Source of the DNA: Octopus sinensis
Lineage: Eukaryota
DNA: 64,000 nucleotides
Reading direction: 5' to 3'
Assembly: GCF_006345805.1 (NCBI RefSeq)
Contig: NC_043002.1
Span: forward strand, 21,700,001-21,764,000
Shown: positions 53,267 through 64,000 of the stretch, one piece after another
How the letters are laid out: every line of letters begins with the position of its first letter
Numbering within the stretch: position 1 is the first letter of the stretch
Translations under genes and position numbers: made by a program
The notes under the pieces: generated by a model
What the model saw: the letters and a program-made list of their open reading frames with translations, nothing else
Database searches by the model: none
Told to the model about the DNA's origin: nothing

Positions 53267-55267
53267 CCACCTTCATGGACCACATACTCCAGGTCATGGT
53301 GCCACAGACGTGATGGATGAAAACTTCAGCTATAACCAAGAAGAGGACCATGCTGACACGAAGAAAGGAAACATCGATCTGATTATTGACAACCACATGT
53401 ACAAAAGTGAGATGGATAATCGACTTCGTGAAGAACAGAAAGAAAGAATGTGCCAGAAGAAACAGTTGGAGCAACTCGAGAAGGATGAATGGAAGTGCCG
53501 ATCTGAGCAAGGAAGCAAAGAAATGATTGTGGACAAGGCCGAGATTCTAAAAGCTGACAAGGCTCAGCTCTCTATTGCTGGGGGTCAAAAGTCTTCGTCT
53601 GACCTTGCTGTTCTCGACAATCAGCTGCGCCATATTCTCAAGCCAACACCCGACGATCCCGGCTGCAGTAAATGCGATTGCGTCAAGAGCACATCAGAGA
53701 AGAAGGAACTGGGCGAGGACAAGGATGTGCAGGCTGTTGAGGAGGATCGGGGCAGCAAAGGTGCAGTGAGCAGCAAAGGTACTAAAGAAAGTGGCGAGGA
53801 AAAGAATGGCGAGACTCTCATAAAATTATCCCATAGTCCAAAATCTCATGGTGCTATTGAACCAAAAGTAACATCAGGTACCAAGACCCCTGTCGAGAGT
53901 CCCGAGAAAGACAATACTCAAAATCACTTCGAGAAGAACTCAAAAGCGGAGCACATGTGCAACATAACTGAGCATACAAACCCAGTCAACCCACAGCAGA
54001 TTCTCACAGTTAGTGGAGCACCAACTCAGGGAGATGACAAAACTCAAACCCATATGGATGCTACAAACGCATTCAATGATGAATTTGCCACAAAGGCTGC
54101 CCCTTATACCGTAATAAGTCACTGGATTGGAATATCTGCATTTGGTTCAAGCTCCGAAGATGAACACGACCACGATCACGACAGCGAACATGGTAATGAC
54201 ACCCGAGGACCAAGCGTTGATAGTAAATTAGTGAAAGTACGTGATAAAGTAAAATATTCTCACCAGAACACGCTAGCGGATGAAGTATCCATCCGGCCAG
54301 ACAGCGCAAATAGGAACTCAATGACATTATTGGACGATGGCAAAGACGCGTTCAACATTTTAGCCTGCTCAGACGAAGCTGTTGACACCAATGCAGTAGA
54401 TGCATCGGCTGCTGTGAAAAATAAAGATGTGAATGCAATTAACTGGGAGGAATCAAAATTTTCTTTTCCAGAGGACTCTTCAGAGCACGCACTTCGAAGT
54501 ATTCCCCGATCGTTTACCATTCCTGATGGAAATGTCCAATTTACTCCATCAAGCCCTAGTAAAATGCCTGAAAAACTTGTGAAAGATATTGGGAATTTGA
54601 TAGGGTCACCACTAAAGCATCCGTTCAGCGCTACAAGGCGCTTTTTAAAGGTTCGCAGCAGTCTATCCGATAAGAAATCTGGTTCACAATCAAAGGGGGG
54701 TGTACTTGGGAAGCCCCCCTTAGCACAACTTACTGTTAAGTCTAGCCCCAAGCACCACAAACGAGGAGATAGTGATGTCGGTTTAAGTGACCACTCAGAC
54801 TGTGCTGTGTCAAGATTTTTACTAAGTCTAACGAAAGATGACAAAGCTCTGGATAATATTAGTGTCAGTTCTCTAGGGTCCAGGCCAGATCTGGCTCTTG
54901 ATCCCGATGGGAATTATGTTTTGTCACCTGGGGAAGCCAGCGTAACTCTTACTTCACAGCAGGGTCCCTTTAGGAACAACGAGGATTACGCCTCTTTGGC
55001 CGATCCTCATAGTGGCTATACAGAGGACATGTGTAGCAGGAAACATTTCCGAATAGGTGGTAGTAGGCAACGCTCTACATCAGAATCACGAATTAGTAGA
55101 TCTCGGACTAAAAACAGTCAAAAATTAGCAATGACCAGTTCGTATGAACAAGCTGTTGATTGTTCTGGTAGCAATGCCTTAAAACCTCTGGCTTCTTCTG
55201 AACAAGGAACAAGCTTCAGTCCTAAGCCTCCAGGCCATGCGCCACGGAAACCCATTGTTTCAGCAAG
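53267..55267 (+). CDS. TTBK: TTBK coding exon 6 (2001-nt exon encoding a low-complexity C-terminal tail)
   Basis: Long poly-T tract and ttgcAG ending at 53266; the phase-2 join (gc|c) continues the frame of ORF 53202-55271. Ends SPKPPGHAPRKPIVSAR with donor GTAAGC at 55268. GC content is higher than the flanking intron. Confidence 0.9.
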
Positions 55268-55704
55268 GTAAGCTTGAGTATGATAATAATAATAATAATA
55301 ATTACTGTAAAAGTTTCATTATTTTGTTATGAATACATTGTATGTGAGTTTGACAATTTTTTTTTTTTGGTCATTTTACATTTTGCTATTCTTTCTATGT
55401 CTTCTTTTTATATATTATATGTACATGTATGTATACATTGATACATATATGTATACATACATATATGCATACATACATACATACATAACATTTATACATG
55501 CTGTGTGTGTGCATAGACGCACCCATATGAGATCAATGAGCATAATTGCTAAGTCCACAGTAGCGACAGGGTATAAGCTCTGTGCTACCATAAATAATTA
55601 CACCCCCACTTCTGTTCTGAGTACTTTTCTCCTTGTTTCTAAATTCAAATGAACACACATTCACAAATGTATATGCACACACACATTCACAAATGTATAT
55701 GCGT

Positions 55705-55773
<69 letters not shown>

Positions 55774-56261
55774 CATACATACATGCAAGTATAAATATAC
55801 ACACATACATATATGGATATATATAGCTATATATATATGCACCAATGGAAGGAAAGGGAACTCAATTTATTAGATAGATTTATATTTAGTGCAAAATATT
55901 AATAATATTAATAATAATAATTATTATTGTAATAGTTTCATCATTTTGTTGTGAATACATTGTATGTGAGTTATTGAATTCATTCCATCATTACTCTGCA
56001 TCTCCCACTGCTACATGTGTGAGGTTCATGACTGATCTTTCAGATAAATTTGGAGTATTATGAAAGACAATGGAAGTTATTGGATGATCTCGTATGGTCA
56101 TTTGTCAATTTGTTAATGCTGATCATTGGTTAGTCTTGTGGTCTGCAAAGCCTTTGCCCATGGATTTTTGTATTATTTTAAAGGGAGCCAATGCAGGTTG
56201 GTTGTCTTTTAAGGTTATTACTCTGCAAGGCTGAATGCCTTTTAAAGACGATTTCTAGGAG

Positions 56262-56800
56262 TTAATAATTTTCCAGGAAAAATTTCTATCAGTGGCAACA
56301 ATAAGATGATATTTCTGATTTCCAGTGAAGGAATATTATAGACTGCCTGAGAATCTGGAATTTTTCAGTTATACAAAATCTACAGCTTTGTGTTCCTGAT
56401 AAAGTATGGTTTGCTTTTGTTGATGATTATTTTAGGTTACTGGTGGCCATGTTATTCTCTGGTCACTCAGTTTGCAAATGAATTATGACAAGGAAGTAAA
56501 GTTTTGCCTGTTCCTTGATCTAAAAGAGTAGATATGTTGAAAACAGCAGCAGTGGAGGCTTATTTACTGTTGGACATATATAATTCCTTTTGATGCTGTC
56601 CAGGTGTGAAATGGTTGCTTCGTATACAAGAATGGACATCCTTTTCTAAGAAGTGGGCTGCATGAGACATGGCTCATCATTAGGTCAGCTGCACTACTAA
56701 AAAAATTCAAGGTAATTTTTTGTTAGGCAAACCATTCTGAAAATCTCATGGGCTACAAGTTTCCTTTGATCAGTATACAGCTTCTGTTGAAAGGTACAGC
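56262..56800 (-). mobile_element. Second Penelope-like endonuclease C-terminal remnant
   Basis: Minus-strand CRFCITEKFQIL (56384-56349), then KSEISSYCCH**KFFLENY* (56321-56262), matching the C..C..EK..I and ..SE....C.H..KF C-terminal pattern of Penelope-like ORFs (recalled). Confidence 0.55.
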
Positions 56801-57266
56801 ACCTTGGTTTTTCACACAATTTTATATCCATTTTAACATAGGCCACATTGTGTTTCTACAAAACCAAGATTCATTAAAAGATGTTTCAAGAAATATATAT
56901 GTACATGTCTGTGTGTATATATATACTTGTGTGTGTGTATATATATCTCTCTCTCTTTATATACCTATATATATATATATAATATATATATATATATAAT
57001 ATATATATATATATGTATATATATATACCTCTCTCTCTATGTGTATATATATATATATGTATATAGATAGATAGATATATAGATTATATCTGTATATATA
57101 TATATATAGATTACATATATGTAAATATATATGTATATATATATATTGAGAGGGAGAGATTATCTAGATGTGTATATATATATATATGTATATAAAATGT
57201 ACACATACATACACACATACAGACACACACACATTTTAATTGCTTTGTTGAATTTGGTTAGCTTAA

Positions 57267-57488
57267 CCCTTTCAATACAAACTCGGGTGAAACCACCTCT
57301 GGTTCTATTGTACAAATGTCTTGTTTTCATAAGTTTTGAATGAAAATCTTCCACCAAATATTAGTCACAATTTATGTTCCTTACACCAGCTTAATGATAA
57401 CTAAGTTATTTTACTAAATTCTTCGTTATATTTAAAATTAATTAAAAGAAACACAGAGCATCTCAAAATGAACACGGTAACGCAAGGG
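57267..57488 (-). mobile_element. piggyBac-type MITE, inverted relative to 47589-47809
   Basis: TTAA at 57263-57266 and 57489-57492; internal sequence is the reverse complement of the 47.6-kb copy. Confidence 0.85.
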
Positions 57489-57597
57489 TTAAAGCCAACT
57501 TAAAAGTTTAGTACTCAATACATGGTGCAAATGTTGAGCTGTGCATTCTTATATTTAAAACCTGCTCCATATGATATATTGTCACATGAACAAATCA

Positions 57598-57632
<35 letters not shown>

Positions 57633-57638
<6 letters not shown>

Positions 57639-58040
57639 TAGAAAAAAACTACCTTTTATCAATTCAAAATGAACAATTAAATCACACCATCTAGAAAATT
57701 ACATATAATAGAAATATTAAAATTAAAATAACAATAAAATGTCAATGATTAAAAAATAATAAAAACGTTATTCTTCCAATTATATATGTTTTTATTATTT
57801 TTTTGCAATTTTCTTAATCATTGACATTTTATTGTTATTTTAATTTTAATATTTCTATTATATGTAATTTTCTAGATGGTGTAATTAAATTGTTTATTTT
57901 GAATTGATAAAAGGTGGGGTTTTTTTTTTTTTATTTTATATATATATATATATTATATTGTGTGAAATTTGATTTAGTATTTCTAAATTGAATTTTTTTT
58001 CCCTGTAAGTTTGGATTTTATTCCCTCAAATAATAATTAT
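57633..58040. mobile_element. AT-rich fold-back element (~135-150-bp arms, 21-nt loop)
   Basis: 57633-57766 pairs with 57788-57940; followed by the same ttttttccctgtaa.tttggattt.attccct end motif as the 45-kb element. Confidence 0.8.
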
Positions 58041-58829
58041 GATATATATCTATATATACATACATGCATACATGTGTGTATATATATATATATAAATATG
58101 TGTGTTTGTGTATATATATGTAGACCTACATACACACACATATATGTATACATTCACAGACATGCACACGCACACACATTTATATACACATACATGTGTT
58201 TACATATTTGTTTATATCCGTATGTATTTACACATGCTACAGAATAGCCAAGCTCTTCTATTCAGCTCCTATATCAAGGCAATAATCCCCCCCCCAACTC
58301 TCTCTTAGTTGTTTTCTTTTTTCTCTTCCAGAATTTTATTCTTTGTTTAGTTAATTGAAAATATTACTGTTTAATTTATTTTCTAAACAGCATTACATGC
58401 AGCAGAAATTGTATATGTGTTTGTTCCTATTCGCCCACCCCTTTTGCCCGCCTGTCCCACCTCCATACCTAGCTATTCTGTTACTGAAGTTGATGCACTT
58501 CCTTTAGTTGTTATGGTAGCTCTGGTCTAGGATTGCCCCACTCTGCATGTGTGTGGGTATTTGTGCATGCACATTGTGAAGTATGTCTCTGTGTAGAGGA
58601 AAAGAATCTGGTCATAGAAACATCTCCTTCCACACGTTTCATCTCACTCATGCCAGAATGGAAAAGTGGATGTTAACAACAATAGTGATGAAGCCGAGGA
58701 CTATATATGTACATTTATAGATGTGTGTGTGAGTGTAGAAATATCTGGAATCCGACAGTGTTGATAGCCCAGAACTTGGGTTGAGTGCTTCTCTGGAAAT
58801 ACCCTAACTCTGTACCCTACCAGGACCTA

Positions 58830-58845
58830 AGATATATATATAGAT

Positions 58846-58884
<39 letters not shown>

Positions 58885-58923
58885 TAGATAGATGATAGAT
58901 AGATAGATTGATAGATATATTTA

Positions 58924-58956
<33 letters not shown>

Positions 58957-59018
58957 TATATATATATATATTTATATTATTTATATATTTATATATATAT
59001 TTATATTTATTATATATT

Positions 59019-59049
<31 letters not shown>

Positions 59050-59395
59050 ATATTTATATTATTTATATATTATATATATATATATTTATATTTATTTATA
59101 TATATTATATAGATATATATATATTTATATATATATATATATATTATATAGATATATATTTATATTATATATATATATAGATATTATATATATTTATATA
59201 TATATAGATATATTTATATATATATATATTTATATTTATAATATATATATTTATATATATATATATTTATATTTATTATATATTATATATATATTTATAT
59301 ATATATTTATATTTATTATATATTTATATTTATTATATATATATATTTATATTTATTTATATATTTATATATATATATATTTATATATATATATT

Positions 59396-59449
<54 letters not shown>

Positions 59450-59450
59450 A

Positions 59451-59542
<92 letters not shown>

Positions 59543-59543
59543 G

Positions 59544-59591
<48 letters not shown>

Positions 59592-59612
59592 GATACATAT
59601 ATAGATATATAG
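58830..59612. repeat. ~780-bp degenerate (TA)n/(TTTA)n tract
   Basis: Almost pure A/T. Confidence 0.95.
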
Positions 59613-59616
59613 ATAG

Positions 59617-59737
59617 GGAGGGTTCATGAAAAAAGCAAAAAACGAAGACAGGTGGTTTACAAAACAAACAGATGTATTAGTATAACGCTCAGGAATAGAA
59701 AAAGTCTTTTACGTTTCGAGCCTATGCTCTTCTACAT
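59617..59737 (-). mobile_element. Penelope-like tail fragment with partial hammerhead (GAAGA-GC-AUAG-GCUC-GAAACGUA)
   Basis: Homologous to 15550-15665; the 5' part of the core is replaced by a (GATA)n microsatellite. Confidence 0.6.
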
Positions 59738-59759
59738 CTATATAGATAGATAGATAGAT

Positions 59760-59803
<44 letters not shown>

Positions 59804-59974
59804 ATGGATTGATAGATAGATAAATGGATTGATAGATAGATGATTATATATGTGAATATATATGTACACATGTATGTATGTAATATATGATGAGGAAAGA
59901 GTGTGTCCATGTCTTGTGTGTGAATTTTCCATTTGTTCCTTTGTTGTGCTTCTGTTCAATTTTTGATACTTAGG

Positions 59975-60400
59975 TGCTGGTGTGGCTGTGTAGTAAGTAG
60001 CTTGCTTCCCGACCACATGGTCCCAGGTTCAGTCCCACTGTGTAGCACCTTGGGCGAGTGTTTTCTACTATAGCCTTGGGCTGACCAAAGCCTTGTAAGT
60101 GGATTTAGTAGAGGGAAACTGGGAAAAGGCCATTGTGTATATATATCTATGTCTATATCTGTATGCGTGTGTGTGTCTTTGTTTCTGTGTTTGTCCCCCC
60201 CCCCCCACCATCACTTGACAACCGGTGTTGGTATGTTTATGTCCCCATAATGTAGTGGCTTGGCAAAAGAGACCATTAGAATAAATACCAGGCTTGAAAA
60301 ATAAGTCCTGGGTTTGATTTGTTTGATTAAAATCCTTCAAGGCAGTGCTCCAGCATGGCCGCCATCGAATCTCTGAAACAAGTAAAAGAATAAAAGAATA
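59975..60400 (+). mobile_element. SINE family A, full length
   Basis: gtggctgtgtagtaag...ggttcagtcccactgtgtagcaccttgggcgagtg...ctgaaacaagtaaaagaataaaag. Confidence 0.85.
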
Positions 60401-60469
60401 ATATATATGTACATATATATATCAATATGTACACATACACATTTATGTATGTATATACATGTGTGTGTT

Positions 60470-60775
60470 AAGGTGCATGGCTAGTGGTTAGATGTGTTGC
60501 ACTCACTACCTTGAGATCATGGTTTCAATTCTCTGACCAGCTGCACACTGTGCTCTTGAGCAAAACACTTCATTTCATATTGTTCCCGTCCACTCAGCTG
60601 CCAATCAGTAACCCTGAGGTAGACTAGCCATCTGATGAAGGGAAATGCTGATCTGCTGAAGGTGGCATCATTCACAATCTAAAACAATGCAAAGCACATT
60701 GTAACCAGTGACGTATACGAACATTCAATGATCTAGTTGATCATAGGATCATGTGATATATATCAAGAGGGTGAA
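60470..60775 (+). mobile_element. SINE family D, old copy
   Basis: ggtgcatggctagtggttag...ggtttcaattc...cttgagcaaaacacttcatttc. Confidence 0.7.
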
Positions 60776-61009
60776 AGATGTATATAGACATATATACACA
60801 ACTCTCTGGTTGTCAGGTTAAGAAGTTTATTTTACAACAATATGGTTTCTGGTTCAGTCCCACTGCTTGGTTCTTTAAGCAAGTCACTTCTGCTCCAGTT
60901 CCATGAAAACCAATGCCTTGATTGGGAATTTCGTAAAAAGGAACTTTGGAGAAGGCACACACACACACACATACACACACAAACACATGCAGGCTTACAC
61001 TCATATACT

Positions 61010-61224
61010 CTTTTACGTGTTTCAGTCTTTTGACTGCGGCCATGCTGGAGCACCGTCTTTAGTCGAGCAAATCAACCCCAGGACTTATTCTTTGTAAGCC
61101 TAGTACTTATTCTATCCGTCTCTTTTGCCGAACCGCTAAGTTATGGGGACAAAAATACACCAGTATCGGTTGTCAAGCGATGTTGAGGAAACAAACACAG
61201 ACACACAAACATATACACACACAC

Positions 61225-61281
<57 letters not shown>

Positions 61282-61455
61282 CATATACATATATACGATG
61301 GGCTTCTTTCAATTTCCGTTCACCAAATCCACTCACAAGGCTCTGGTCGGCCCGAGGCTATAGTAGAAGACACTTGCCCAAGGTGCCACGCAGTGGGACT
61401 GAACCCAGAACCATGTGGTCGGTAAGCAAGCTACTTACCACACAGCCACTCCTAC
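61010..61455 (-). mobile_element. SINE family A, young copy between two halves of a local duplication
   Basis: Near-consensus family A; flanked by duplicated ~170-bp blocks at about 60800-60970 and 61472-61645. Confidence 0.85.
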
Positions 61456-62151
61456 ACCTATATATATGTAGAAAACTCTCTGGTTGTCAGGTTAAGAAGT
61501 TTATTTTACAACAACATAGTTTCTGGTTCAGTCCCACCGCTTGGTGTTTTAAGCAAGTCTCTTTTGCTATAGTTCCATGACAACCAATGCCTTGATTGGG
61601 AATTTTGTAAAAAGGAACTTTGTAGAAGGCACGCACACACACACACTCACATATTTGTGTGTGCGTCTATGTGTTTGTCTGTCGCAGATTGACAACCACT
61701 GTTGGTTCATTTATATCCTCACCACTTTGTGAGTCAGTGAAATACCAACCTTAAAATATGTACTGAGGTCAGTTTGATGTACTAAACCCTTTAAGCATAT
61801 GCTCCAGCATGGCTGTGGTCTAATGATTGAGGCATGTAAAAGAATAAAAGATTATAACACTTTAAAACAAATCATTTAGTTTGATAGAACCAGATGGTGG
61901 TGGTGGTCTCAGGTGGATTGTTTTTGAAAGATATTGTGGTGGGGGCATGTTCCAGGTTCATGACAAGCTGAAGTGGGTCTTGTTTGTTTGTTTGTTTGTT
62001 TTTATTTTCCTTTCTCCCCTCCTTGAATTTAAAAGAAACATTTCGATTTCATATGTTGTTATATAGTTGTTGCTGATTACATCAAATACACATTGGAGGT
62101 TGTTTTAAAGGTCATCATATACACTCACACACGTTCACACATCTTACATAT

Positions 62152-62204
<53 letters not shown>

Positions 62205-64000
62205 ATGTGAGAGAGAGAGCACAACATGCATACATAGTCACATATATACACACACATGCATACTCACATTCATATGCACAGAAGATACATACATAATCAC
62301 ATATTCATACACTCTCGTACACATTTGTATGCCCACACATACACATTATACATATCACCCACGTATGCACACACACACACACACCCACGGACACATGCAA
62401 TTGATATGTGTAAACAAATATAATTCAGAGATGATAAAATCAAAGTGGATTGGGTCAATTTATTAAGTAGTGGTGGTCGCTGTTGTTGTTGTTGTTAAGC
62501 CTCAGGTCAACTCTCTTCAAACAGAACTGTAATCAAAAGAGTTTCACACATGACTATCCCATCTTATTTTCAGGATTACATTTTCTATTATTTTTTTTTC
62601 AGATACAAGACTATTCTATGAGGGAGATTTAGCTACTATTTCTTATGTGTGGTGTGATTACATAGAAGCTCCCTCATTGGTTTACATATGTTAACTAACA
62701 TAGTATCATGTGCATGTGTGAACATATACACTTACACACACACACACACACTACACACATAGTAGGCTTCTTTCAGTTTCCATTTACTAATTTAAGACAA
62801 TACAGTCTGATAGAACTGGATGGAACTGGTCTCAAGTGGCTTGTTGTTAAAAGATACTTGTGTTGTTAAAAGAATGTTCTGTGTTCATGACAATCTGAGA
62901 TGAGTTCTTCTGAAGGCTTTAGTAGAAGACACTTGCCCAAGATGCCATACAGTGGGACTGAACCTGGAACCACATAGTTGAAAATTGAACTTCTTAATCA
63001 CAGAGCTACACCTGAAACTCAGATGCACACAAATATGAAAAAGGATGGCCACTATTAGAATACTTTTAATCATAGTTCTACTTCAGTATGACTGTCCTGA
63101 AGGCTAAACAGCAAAAACATACACACACAGACACAGCAATTCCTCTTGTGACCTTTGGTTTTTCACTATTCTCTTTTAGTTTTAGAATTGGTTACTCACT
63201 GAAAATGTAGTTAATTTAAAATGTGGGTGTAAGATTTTTTGGTTGTTTTTTTTTCAATTTAGAGTTTATTGTGTTGGCATCAGTTTTTATTTTTCCGAAA
63301 TGTGTGTGTTGTGTACATCTGTTTGTTTAAAAAAGTGTAGATAGGTGAATGTAACTATAATCTCTTCCTCTGAAGTATTAGCATGAATTTTATTGATTGT
63401 ATCAATGTTTATTTGTGTTGCCTTAACTGTGTGCCTGTGCTGTGTGGGTGTGGGTGTATGTGTGTATGTGTGTGCCTGTGCTGTGTGGGTGTGTGTGTGT
63501 GTGCATGTGTGTGTGTGTGTACATGTGTAGGTTGTCAGAAATGTGTATTAAGAGTGTTTATGTATTTCATTTTGTCATTTGTTTAAGTTCATGTGTAGGT
63601 GTAATATTTCCATTTTATTCATACATATATTCAAGCACACATATATGTATACACACATGCACACACACATATGCACAATTATGTACATATACAATAATAT
63701 AGTATGTATATATATATATATATGTCCATACTTGCATGCTTTTGTATATATGTGTGTGAGAAAGAGAGAATAGTTATGGTTCTTAGACAAAAAGTAAAAG
63801 CATTCAACTATAAATATAGTTTAATGGCAATCCTGCTAACAAACAATGACCATGAGTTGGAGTTTTATGTGAAGATAATAATGCCTGACACTCTCCAGGT
63901 GGGCACATCATACATCTAAGTTGAGCACTGCAAAACAAAAAAGAGAAAATTTGCTACATTTGAAACCCTGTATACAAAGCCTTTCAGGAGAAGAAATATA

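Noticed and set aside
56020-56050. Minus-strand ctgaaagatcagtcatgaacc downstream of the second Penelope-like remnant as its hammerhead
   Set aside because: Position is suggestive, but the core and stems are too degenerate to call.
60630-60660. CTGATGA...GAAA at about 60634 (and CTGATGAAAC at about 15836) as hammerheads
   Set aside because: No room for stem II and no pairable helices I or III; chance matches inside a SINE and a Helitron.

Overview
AT-rich eukaryotic genomic DNA packed with microsatellites. The repeat landscape looks like a coleoid cephalopod, probably Octopus (inference from repeat families). One host gene runs across the window on the + strand: a tau-tubulin kinase (TTBK1/2 / Asator-type, CK1 superfamily). 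It has six coding exons (400/631-687, 3068-3215, 22321-22535, 46621-46791, 48005-48384, 53267-55267), all GT-AG and phase-consistent, and is open at its 3' end. The introns hold dozens of tRNA-derived SINEs and RTE-tail repeats, R4/Dong-like, RTE and CR1/L2-like LINE remnants, a decayed Ty3/Gypsy LTR element, two nested Tc1/mariner elements, piggyBac-type MITEs, a Helitron and several fold-back elements. The most interesting signal is a Penelope-like/hammerhead ensemble. It comprises a motif-complete minimal type I hammerhead ribozyme (45140-45181, - strand) in the loop of a fold-back, several degenerate hammerhead-bearing elements (one with a tRNA-like head) and two decayed GIY-YIG endonuclease remnants. 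Also notable are an 87-codon uORF whose stop overlaps the conserved TTBK start (ATGA) and an inverted MITE pair bracketing exons 5-6. Family names for repeats come from motif recognition only; no database search was run, and repeat boundaries are approximate unless TSDs/TIRs are given.
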